A stretch of 64,000 bases of DNA, from assembly GCA_963716725.1 (NCBI GenBank), contig CAVQUB010000012.1:224001-288000 (forward strand). Direction: 5' to 3'. Of the stretch, positions 33,994-41,984 are shown in pieces. Position 1 is the first letter of the stretch. Every line of letters starts with the position of its first letter. This DNA is from an uncultured delta proteobacterium. GTDB lineage: Bacteria; Myxococcota_A; Polyangia; Polyangiales; Polyangiaceae. Under the pieces are notes generated by a model, which was not told the origin of the DNA, searched no databases, and was given only the letters and a program-made list of their open reading frames with translations. The translations under genes and the position numbers were made by a program.

Positions 33994-35139
33994 ATGGACC
34001 GCAACCTGTTCAGCGAGGAGCACGAGCAGTTCCGACAGTCGTTCAAGAAGTTCGTCCAGCGAGAGATCGTCCCGAACCAAGAGCGCTGGCAAGAGCGGGG
34101 CATCGTCGACCGCGAAGCCTGGCGCAGGGCGGGCGAGGGGGGCTTCTTGTGCCCTTGGCTCGAGACCGAGCACGGCGGCCCCGGTGGTGACTTTCTCTGC
34201 TCGGTGGTCGTGATCGAAGAGCTGGCGAAGGTCTACGAGTCGGGGTTCGCGATCTCGCTGCACTCGGACATCATCGTGCCGTACATGCACGAGTTCGGCA
34301 GTGCTGCCCAGCGAGCGCGCTGGCTGCCCGGGTGCGCGAGCGGCGAATTGGTCACCGCCCTCGCCATGACCGAGCCCGGCACCGGCAGTGATCTGGCAAG
34401 CATCACCACGACCGCCGTGCGTGACGGTGACGACTACGTCATCAATGGCACCAAGACCTTCATCTCGAACGGCATCCTGTGTGACCTCTGCATCGTCGCT
34501 GCCAAGACCGATCCCGACCCCAACAACGCCCATAACGGCATCTCGCTGATCGTGGTCGAGGCCGAACGCGCCGGCTTTGTCAAAGGCAAGAAGCTCCAGA
34601 AGATGGGCATGGCCTCCCAAGACACCTCGGAGCTGTCCTTCGAGGATTGCCGGGTGCCCGTGGCGAATCGCCTCAGCGAAGAAGGCGCCGGGTTCATGAT
34701 GCTGATGAAGAAGCTCGCCCAGGAGCGACTCGTCGTCGCGCTCGCGGCGCAGGGCGCCGCCGAGCAGGTCTTGACGGACACCGTCGCGTACGTGCAAGAG
34801 CGGCGAGCCTTCGGCAAGCCCATCGCGAGCTTCCAGAACACGAAGTTCAAGCTCGCCGAAGTGGCGACGAAGGTCGAGGTGGGGCGCGCCTTCGCCGACC
34901 GCCTGGTCCAAGAGCACGTGGCCGGGAAGTTCCTGGTGAAAGAGTGCTCGATGGCCAAGCTGTGGCACACCGAGATGGTCGGCCAGGTGGTGGACGAGTG
35001 CCTCCAGCTCTTCGGCGGCTACGGGTACATGCTCGAGTACCCCATCGCTCGTGCCTACATGGACGCCCGCGTGCAACGCATCTTCGCTGGCACCAACGAG
35101 ATCATGAAGGTGATCATCGCCAAGCAGATGGGGCTCTGA
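33994..35139 (+). CDS. Acyl-CoA dehydrogenase (long-chain type)
   Basis: AMTEPGTGSDL, NGTKTFISNG, QLFGGYGYMLEYPI, RIFAGTNEIMK. Confidence 0.95.
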   Translation: MDRNLFSEEHEQFRQSFKKFVQREIVPNQERWQERGIVDREAWRRAGEGGFLCPWLETEHGGPGGDFLCSVVVIEELAKVYESGFAISLHSDIIVPYMHEFGSAAQRARWLPGCASGELVTALAMTEPGTGSDLASITTTAVRDGDDYVINGTKTFISNGILCDLCIVAAKTDPDPNNAHNGISLIVVEAERAGFVKGKKLQKMGMASQDTSELSFEDCRVPVANRLSEEGAGFMMLMKKLAQERLVVALAAQGAAEQVLTDTVAYVQERRAFGKPIASFQNTKFKLAEVATKVEVGRAFADRLVQEHVAGKFLVKECSMAKLWHTEMVGQVVDECLQLFGGYGYMLEYPIARAYMDARVQRIFAGTNEIMKVIIAKQMGL

Positions 35140-35160
35140 GCTAGACCGCGGGGCGGCCGC

Positions 35161-35514
35161 TCAGAGGCTCACGCCGAGTCCCCGGAGTAGCAGCCCCACT
35201 CCCATCGAGAGCGCGTTGGCCAGGGCCGAGACCGCCAGCGCTCGGCGCCAGCGGAGCTGCGGAAATACCAATCGGTAGAGGAGAAGTTCCGATCCCACCG
35301 CCCACAGCTCCGCGCAGATCAGCATCGGAGCGTACGCCATGCCGAGCTCGGGGAATACGAACCACACTGCCGGATGGCTGAGCACGTTCGCCGCGAGCAC
35401 GGCCGCGAGGCGTCGCCGCAGGGGCTCGTCGCGGGGCAGGAGCCAGGGCGCCAGTGCGAACTCCGCGCCCAGGGTGAAGCCGAAGGCCTTGGCCCAGAGG
35501 GCGACGTAGGTCAC
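35161..35514 (-). CDS. Small integral membrane protein
   Basis: About four hydrophobic helices (ANVLSHPAVWFVFP, ELWAVGSE, ANALS); GTG start chosen, exact start uncertain. Confidence 0.65.
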   Translation of the reverse strand: MTYVALWAKAFGFTLGAEFALAPWLLPRDEPLRRRLAAVLAANVLSHPAVWFVFPELGMAYAPMLICAELWAVGSELLLYRLVFPQLRWRRALAVSALANALSMGVGLLLRGLGVSL

Positions 35515-35665
35515 GCAGGCCCACCCAAGGACCGCTGGCCTGGCCAGACGCGCAGCATGCGTTGGACGATAGTCGTGCCCATCCGCCCAAGGCCAGCGCG
35601 TCTGGTTGGTCTGACCTTGGAAGACGGGCCCTCCGACGGACGGAGCGGCCACGGGAGGCCCGACG

Positions 35666-36250
35666 ATGGCGGCACGCAGAGACGATTCGATGCTGTTCTC
35701 GCTGCAAGGGCTCTCGCCTGCCGATCGGCAGCGCGTCGAGCGAGAGCTTCGTCAACACCGGCTCGCAGCGGCCGCCGCAGCCGCTCGTGCCGAGTCGAAG
35801 CGTCAGGCCGACCTCGAACGAGGGCGTCTGGCCGGCGAAGAAGCCGAGCGGCAACGGGAGGCCGAGTTCCAAGCTCGAGCTGCGATCGAGAGAGCGCGCG
35901 CCGAGTTCGAGTCGCGGGCCAAGGTCGAGCTGCTCGAGCTGCAACACGCCCACGAGCGTCGGATGCGGGCGCTCGAGAGCCGGGGGCAGCGCGGCAATCA
36001 AGTCGCCGCTCTGGGCCTGGTCGTCGCCATGGTGTGTGTGGTGGGGTCGCTGGGGTTCTACCTGGGCAAGGTGCGGCCCGAGACCGCCCGGGTGCAACGT
36101 GCCTACGACACGTTGGTTGCGGCGGAACGTCATCGCGCCGAAGAAACCAAGCGCATGCTCGAGAAGAGCGAGAGGCGACGGGCGGAGCTGGCGACGGAAC
36201 TCCAAGTCGCGCGGCGACGCATCGACGCGCGGGAGGGCGGCTCAAAGTGA
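35666..36250 (+). CDS. Coiled-coil, single-TM protein
   Basis: N-terminal DSMLFSLQGL (resembles the SVLFSL motif of myxobacterial coiled-coil proteins), E/R/A-rich coil, one TM. Confidence 0.7.
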   Translation: MAARRDDSMLFSLQGLSPADRQRVERELRQHRLAAAAAAARAESKRQADLERGRLAGEEAERQREAEFQARAAIERARAEFESRAKVELLELQHAHERRMRALESRGQRGNQVAALGLVVAMVCVVGSLGFYLGKVRPETARVQRAYDTLVAAERHRAEETKRMLEKSERRRAELATELQVARRRIDAREGGSK

Positions 36251-37396
36251 GAGCACGACCTCCGCTCCGAGGTCGACCTCGCAGCGCGTGACATGCTCCA
36301 GCAAGAGCTCGACGCGGGCGTCGACCGCAGCGAGTTGTGACTTGCCGAGGATGGGCGCCATGGGATCGGCCGCGAGCGTCTGCGCCAGCCTTGCCCCGAG
36401 TCGCTCGTCCACCGGGGCTGCGGGGCCGAGTGCTCGCAACGCGTCGACGGTCGCGCGGCGGAAGCGACAGAGCGGCGCGAGCCGCTTCGAGTTGTTTTCG
36501 CCCCGGCTCGACCGCCAGGGGGCGAAGGCCGACGCATTGTCGAGAAAGATGAGCGCGCCGCCGCCGAGCGAGAGCACGTTGCCACCGGACCAACGATCCG
36601 TGTTGTCGATCAAGAAGTCGAAGACCATCAAGTCGCTCCACTCGGGTAGCCGCTTGGAGAGCTCCTCTCGAAGGGGCTCCTTCGATCGCAGCCCCTCGGT
36701 CCAGTCTTTGGGCGGCTCGGCGCTGCTCAATCGGCCGGCGTGCCACGCGATCATCGCACCGCTCACGCGTCCGTCCCGCGCCGTGACCTCGTCGCGAAAG
36801 CGCTGGATGAACTTCGGGTCGGCGTTCGACGCCTCGAGGTGGTCGATCAAGTGCGGATAGCCGATGGACCGACCCGCGACGGCGGCGGTCCGTGAAAACC
36901 CCACGATCCGATCGAGGTGATAGGCGGCGATCTCTGCCCGGAAATTCGAGGCCGAGTGCTGCTGCTCCGGCTTGAACACGGCGCGGCTGCCGTCCTCGAA
37001 GCGGACGCGCAGCGTGATGGTGGCGCCACCAGGGTTTTTCACGATCTCGGTGATGGGCGCGCTCGCGAGGCGCGTGACCCAAGCCTTGTCTTTGCCCGCA
37101 TCTACCGGACCGCTGAAGCCCGCGTGGGCTGAGCTCGATGGACGGGGCAGGTGGCCGACGAGGGCCGCCGGTGCGCCGGGCGCCCGCTCCGGCGCGGGCT
37201 TCATCCGAGGCGCGCTGCTTGCGGAGGGGGCCGGCGCGGGGCCGCCCTCCGACGGCTCCGTGCGCGGCGCCGGGGCCGATGCTGTCGCTTCGGCGCCCCG
37301 AGCGCGCAGCGTCGTCGCCTCGGGATCGGCTGTAGGTGGCTCGCGGCGCTCGCACCCGAGCACGAGACCCAGGAGCAGGACCGGCCGCCAGCGCAT
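36242..37396 (-). CDS. Lipoprotein with Fam20C/four-jointed-like atypical kinase domain
   Basis: Lipobox VLGC; AVFKPE, AEIAAYHLDRIVG, FDFLIDNTDR, LIFLDNASAF. Confidence 0.8.
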   Translation of the reverse strand: MRWRPVLLLGLVLGCERREPPTADPEATTLRARGAEATASAPAPRTEPSEGGPAPAPSASSAPRMKPAPERAPGAPAALVGHLPRPSSSAHAGFSGPVDAGKDKAWVTRLASAPITEIVKNPGGATITLRVRFEDGSRAVFKPEQQHSASNFRAEIAAYHLDRIVGFSRTAAVAGRSIGYPHLIDHLEASNADPKFIQRFRDEVTARDGRVSGAMIAWHAGRLSSAEPPKDWTEGLRSKEPLREELSKRLPEWSDLMVFDFLIDNTDRWSGGNVLSLGGGALIFLDNASAFAPWRSSRGENNSKRLAPLCRFRRATVDALRALGPAAPVDERLGARLAQTLAADPMAPILGKSQLAAVDARVELLLEHVTRCEVDLGAEVVLSL

Positions 37397-37447
37397 GCGC
37401 GCATATTTTCACATTTGGGCGCGTCGAGAGCGGATAGTCTCTGCCGG

Positions 37448-38548
37448 GTGCGAAGACTGGCTCGCGCGCTCGCTCTGGTGGCCGTGGCAGCGGCACTGCC
37501 GCAGGCCAGCGCGCGCACCGAGCCTCTGCCGCACGCGCCGCGACCCGTGGCCGAGGCGTCCGCCTACAGCGGGCCGGCTGCGACGGTGACGGATGCGCCG
37601 CCACCCAGGGTCGTCGAGGTCGAACCGGTCGGCGAACGTGTCTCCCTCGACGCGCCCTTGGTCGTGCGCTTCGAGGCGGACATGGTACCCGGTAAGATCG
37701 TCGAGCTAACGCCGGACGTTCCCGGCGAGGGTCGCTGGCTGAACGCCAGGACGTGGTCGTTTGCTCCGAAGCGCTGGCGCCCCGGTCGGCCGCAGCGCGT
37801 CCGCGTCGCTCCGCCCGGGGGCGAACCGGTCGAGTGGTCGTTCCGCGCCCGCGTGCCGATGCCCATCGCTCCCGCACCCGGTGAGGGCGCGCGTTTGATC
37901 CTGAGCTTCGATGACGGGCCCAACGATCGCCGTCAGGCCGATCGGCTGCTCGACCGTCTGAAGGAGCTCGGGATCCGGGCGCTCTTCTTCCCCTCCGGGC
38001 GTTGGGCCAAGGCGCGTCCCGATTGGGTGCTGCGCGCGCACGACGAAGGCCACCGGGTGTGCAACCACACCTTCAGCCACCCGAACCTCACGGCCCCCTG
38101 GATGACCGAGGCGAGGATCACCGACGAGATCGCCCGCGGCGCCGGGGACGGTGAGTGCAAGCTCTTCCGGCCGCCCCTGATGGGAGTGGACGGCCGGGTC
38201 GAGCGCATCGCAAAGTCCCTCGGCCTCGAGGTGTACCTCTGGGACATCGACAGCCGAGACTGGGAGGGCGGGCCCGCCGAGGACCTGCTCGCCACGGTAC
38301 TCGGACGCGCGCACCCCGAAGCCGTCGTGCTCTTCCATATCCACGCCGCCGCGACCTTCGAGATCCTGCCCGCCCTGGCCGAATCACTGCGCAAGGCGGG
38401 CTACGTCCTGTCGTGGGACCCCAAAGACGCTCCCGGAAGCCATGTAGGCGCGGGTGGGAGAACTGAATGGGGCGCCCTTCGAGACCGTCCCACAGATGCG
38501 GAAACCCCTTCAGCTGACCAGGATCTGCCCGGGCTTGGCCCACCCTGA
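37448..38548 (+). CDS. Exported polysaccharide deacetylase (NodB/CE4) with N-terminal Ig-like domain
   Basis: SFDDGP, NHTFSHPNL, FRPP, WDIDSRDW, VLFH; Ig-like PLVVRF...WLNARTWSFAP. Confidence 0.88.
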   Translation: MRRLARALALVAVAAALPQASARTEPLPHAPRPVAEASAYSGPAATVTDAPPPRVVEVEPVGERVSLDAPLVVRFEADMVPGKIVELTPDVPGEGRWLNARTWSFAPKRWRPGRPQRVRVAPPGGEPVEWSFRARVPMPIAPAPGEGARLILSFDDGPNDRRQADRLLDRLKELGIRALFFPSGRWAKARPDWVLRAHDEGHRVCNHTFSHPNLTAPWMTEARITDEIARGAGDGECKLFRPPLMGVDGRVERIAKSLGLEVYLWDIDSRDWEGGPAEDLLATVLGRAHPEAVVLFHIHAAATFEILPALAESLRKAGYVLSWDPKDAPGSHVGAGGRTEWGALRDRPTDAETPSADQDLPGLGPP

Positions 38549-38669
38549 CGGCTGGCTGCTAGAGTTCGAGTCCCGAGAATCGATGGAAGATTCCGGGAAG
38601 TTCTTCGTAGCAGTAGATGGGGCGCCCGCCGCCTGCTTCATTGCTTAGGGAACAAGGAGAGACCGGATC

Positions 38670-39590
38670 ATGCACAAACTCATCGCACCCTTCTTGATCG
38701 GCGCGGCCGCCTTCGCGGTGCCCATGCTCGTTCCGTCCACCGCTCACGCCGGGCTCGAGGCGTGCGGCGATATCGAGGTCAGCGCCAAAGGCGAGTGCAA
38801 AGCGGAAGTGTCCGGCGGCTGCACCGCCAAGTGCACGCCCATATCGTTCAAAGCACAGTGCGCAGCCGAAGGCTACGTGACGTGTGATGGCGGTGAGTGC
38901 AAGCTCGAGGCCAGTGCGGAGTGCACCGCAAAGTGCGACCTGAGCGCTTGCGAGGCCAAGTGCAAGGTGACGCCAGCCGAGTTCGACTGCGAAGCAAACT
39001 GCAGCGCCGGTTGCGATGTCGACTGTTCGGGGAACTGCGACGCGAAGTGCGGCACCGACTCCGAGTGCAAGTCGAGCTGCCAAGCGTCCTGCAAGGCGAC
39101 GTGTTCTGGCGAGTGCAAGGGCAGTTGCACGGGCACGCCGGCGACCGCAGATTGCAGCGCCAAGTGCCAGGGAAGCTGCAAAGGTCAGTGCTCGGCAAAG
39201 ACGAACTTCCATTGCCAAGTGGACTGTCAGTCGAAACTGGAAGCGAGCTGCTCGTCCAGCCTCAAGGGCGGCTGCGAGGCGCAATGCCAGAAGCCCGAGG
39301 GTGCGCTGTACTGCGACGGGCAGTACGTCGACAAGGACGGCAACTTTCAGGATTGCTTCGACGCTCTGACCCAGTGGAAGGCGCGTATCGACGCCAGCGC
39401 CACCGGTAGTGCGACCTCGGAGTTCAAGTGCGACTCGAGCGGCTGTTCGTTCTCAGCCGAGGCCGAAGCCGAAGCCGAAGCCTCCTGCGCCACCGCTCCC
39501 GGTCCGCGCGCCGGCGGCGCTGCCTTCGCGTTCGGCGCGTTCGGCTTGCTCGCCGCCTGGGCCCTCGGCCGCCGTCGCCGCAGCGAGTAA
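38670..39590 (+). CDS. Cys-rich exported protein with MYXO-CTERM-like anchor
   Basis: Signal peptide, 37 Cys in 306 aa mostly as CxxxC, C-terminal SC-linker-TM-RRRR. Confidence 0.85.
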   Translation: MHKLIAPFLIGAAAFAVPMLVPSTAHAGLEACGDIEVSAKGECKAEVSGGCTAKCTPISFKAQCAAEGYVTCDGGECKLEASAECTAKCDLSACEAKCKVTPAEFDCEANCSAGCDVDCSGNCDAKCGTDSECKSSCQASCKATCSGECKGSCTGTPATADCSAKCQGSCKGQCSAKTNFHCQVDCQSKLEASCSSSLKGGCEAQCQKPEGALYCDGQYVDKDGNFQDCFDALTQWKARIDASATGSATSEFKCDSSGCSFSAEAEAEAEASCATAPGPRAGGAAFAFGAFGLLAAWALGRRRRSE

Positions 39591-39610
39591 TCCAACCCTT
39601 CGTTCGATGC

Positions 39611-39646
39611 CCGAAGGCGCCGTGACCCGGCGCCTTCGGCGTTTGT
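39611..39646 (+). terminator. Hairpin terminator between convergent genes
   Basis: 12-bp stem CCGAAGGCGCCG / CGGCGCCTTCGG, loop TGACC, then CGTTTGT. Confidence 0.65.
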
Positions 39647-39653
39647 GGGGCTG

Positions 39654-40385
39654 TCAGCCCTCCTTCTTCTTCTCGGGCTTGTCGCAGCGAATCGAGCCCT
39701 CGGCGTTGCAGGTCGTTCCGGTCTTGCACTCTTCGTCGATGACGAACTTGCCGCCCTTGCAGACCACAATGCTGCTCTTGTCGAGGTTGCAGGCGTGTTT
39801 GCCTTCCATCTCGGCGGTGCACGGATCCTTGTCGCGGGCCACGGACATGTCACAGCCGAGCTTCCCGCCTTCCGACTTGCAGCCACCTGGGCCCAGGCAG
39901 TGAAACTCGAGCGTCATCTTGCCGTCTTTGCAGGCTAGGTACTGCTTGCCGTCCACGCTGCACGCCTTGGTCTTGTCCGCCTCGCGACATGCGTCGCCCG
40001 GTTCGGCGACGGACAGGTCACAGAGCGGACGGCCGTCTTCGGTCTCGCAGCCCTTCGGCCCGCGGCAGGTGGTGGCGACGAACTTCCCCGACGTGCACAC
40101 CAGCTTGGTCTTGGCGTCCGTGCAGGCCGATGCGCCCTCCTCGTCGGTGGAGCAAGCGTCGCCTGCTGCGTTGCCCGTGATGTCGCACGACACCCCCGTC
40201 GGCGAGAGCCCACAGCCTCGTGGACCCTTGCAGGGGGCCTGGATGTAGCTCCCTTTCTGGCAGATGAGTTGGCTCAGTTTGTCGACGCAGCGCGCCTCGC
40301 CCTTGTCGCAGGAGCTGCCCGGACTGGGCTTGCAGGCGGACAGGAGGGCGACGACGAAGACCGAGGCGAAGGTGGTGATGCGCAT
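39654..40385 (-). CDS. Cys-rich repeat lipoprotein
   Basis: Lipobox LSAC; four ~55-aa six-Cys repeats, three containing C.GP.GC...CD. Confidence 0.85.
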   Translation of the reverse strand: MRITTFASVFVVALLSACKPSPGSSCDKGEARCVDKLSQLICQKGSYIQAPCKGPRGCGLSPTGVSCDITGNAAGDACSTDEEGASACTDAKTKLVCTSGKFVATTCRGPKGCETEDGRPLCDLSVAEPGDACREADKTKACSVDGKQYLACKDGKMTLEFHCLGPGGCKSEGGKLGCDMSVARDKDPCTAEMEGKHACNLDKSSIVVCKGGKFVIDEECKTGTTCNAEGSIRCDKPEKKKEG

Positions 40386-40444
40386 GGGGAGGGCGCGCAG
40401 TCTAGCGCGCTCTCACGCCCGATGGGCAGCAGTGAATCGTGGCT

Positions 40445-40861
40445 TCAGCGGCGGATCACGCGCACCGCGACGGTGCGCGCCGAGTCGCAGCGGCGCGCGG
40501 CTTGGGTCAAATCGCGCGCGTTCGCGTGGGCGGCCTCGAGCAGGTAGCGGTGGTGGCGCAGATCTTTGGCGTCGGTCGGGTGGGTCAAGCGCTGGGACTC
40601 CCGTCGCGCGACTCGGAGCTGAGCGTGGATCTGACTGAGCTTGCCGCTGACGCAACGTACTCGTTCCGGATCATTCGTTGATCGAGCGGCCCGAAGCTCC
40701 ACACGCACGCTGATGGCCGCCTGTTCGACCTCGCGTGCCAGGGCAGGTGCCCCGGGTTGGTTTTTGGCCGCCGCAGGTGCTGCCAGGAGCCCGGCCAGGC
40801 ATGCCGCCCAGAGGCCCCTGCGCACAAAGCCAAACCGGACGACTTCCGTAGATCTCGACAT
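40445..40861 (-). CDS. Small exported helical protein
   Basis: Signal peptide, helical CVSGKLSQI...ARRCD with two Cys in the mature part. Confidence 0.6.
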   Translation of the reverse strand: MSRSTEVVRFGFVRRGLWAACLAGLLAAPAAAKNQPGAPALAREVEQAAISVRVELRAARSTNDPERVRCVSGKLSQIHAQLRVARRESQRLTHPTDAKDLRHHRYLLEAAHANARDLTQAARRCDSARTVAVRVIRR

Positions 40862-40907
40862 CTCTGGGCCCTTGCGATGCCGCCGGCGACACCGGCATTC
40901 AACCGCC

Positions 40908-41930
40908 TCAGCTCTGGGCGGCGATGTCGATGCAGACTTTTCCGAAGTGGCTGCCGGAGGCCAGGTGCTCGAGCGCGGCCCCCACCTGGTTGAACCCGAA
41001 GACGCGATCGACGACCGGGCGAAGCTTGGTCTGTTCGACCGCGCGGACCAGCGCCTCGAACGACTCTCGATGACCGACGATCACGCCCTGCAATCGGATG
41101 TTCTGCATCAGCACACTCAGCAGGTTGATCTCCGTCGCGCCGCCGCCCAGGTTGCCAATGATGCTGATGGTGCCGCCGGGTCGAACTGCCTTCAGTGAGT
41201 GAGCGAAGGTCGACGCGCCACCGACCTCGAGTATGTGATCCACGCCGCGCCCGCGGGCCGCGTCCCGAGCCGCCTTGCCCCACTCGGGGTTCCGTCGATA
41301 GTTGATCAGTACGTCTGCCCCGAGATCCTTCGCGCGTTCCAGCTTGTCGTCGCTCGAGCTCGTGATGATGACGCGGGCTCCCAGGGCTTTGGCCAGCTGG
41401 AGGCCGAAGATCGAGACGCCGCCGGTGCCGAGCGTCAGTAGGGTGTCACCTGCCGCGAGATTGCCGTGGGTGACCAGCGCGCTCCAAGCCGTGACTCCCG
41501 CGCAGGGCAAGCACGCCGCCTCCTCGTCGGACAAGAAGGCTGGGACGCGGACCACGGCCTCGGCGTTGACCTTCATCAGCTCACACAAGGTCCCGTCGAA
41601 GGGACCGCCGAGCGTGGTCTTGAGTTTGTCGCGCGCAGGCTCTCCCGCGAGCCATGCGGTCGCGAAGATCGGGCAGACGCGGTCCCCGACGCCCACCCGG
41701 GAGACCTCCGAGCCGACCGAGACGACGGTCCCGACGCCATCCGAGGCGGGGATCAGCGGGAGCGCCTGCTTTGGATTGTAGGAGCCGCGCACCATGAGCA
41801 GATCGCGGTAGTTGAGCGAGACCGCGTTCATTCGGAGCACCACGTCGTGGGGCCCCGGCTCGGGATCGGGGCGCTCTTCCGTGAGCAAATTCTCGAGCCC
41901 GAACCCCCCGGAGAGGACCACCGCTTTCAT
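40908..41930 (-). CDS. NAD(P)-dependent MDR oxidoreductase (quinone oxidoreductase-like)
   Basis: AVSLNYRDL, IPASDGVG, LPCAGVTAW, LGTGGVS, HFGKVCI; start MKAVVL at 41930. Confidence 0.9.
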   Translation of the reverse strand: MKAVVLSGGFGLENLLTEERPDPEPGPHDVVLRMNAVSLNYRDLLMVRGSYNPKQALPLIPASDGVGTVVSVGSEVSRVGVGDRVCPIFATAWLAGEPARDKLKTTLGGPFDGTLCELMKVNAEAVVRVPAFLSDEEAACLPCAGVTAWSALVTHGNLAAGDTLLTLGTGGVSIFGLQLAKALGARVIITSSSDDKLERAKDLGADVLINYRRNPEWGKAARDAARGRGVDHILEVGGASTFAHSLKAVRPGGTISIIGNLGGGATEINLLSVLMQNIRLQGVIVGHRESFEALVRAVEQTKLRPVVDRVFGFNQVGAALEHLASGSHFGKVCIDIAAQS

Positions 41931-41984
41931 CGCTGCTGAACTTACGACAGGCGGGCGGCGCGGGTCACCGGCTAAGCTCGAGCA

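Noticed and set aside
38562..38575. GTTCGAGTCCC, resembling a tRNA T-arm
   Set aside because: No acceptor stem, D-arm or anticodon arm can be built around it.
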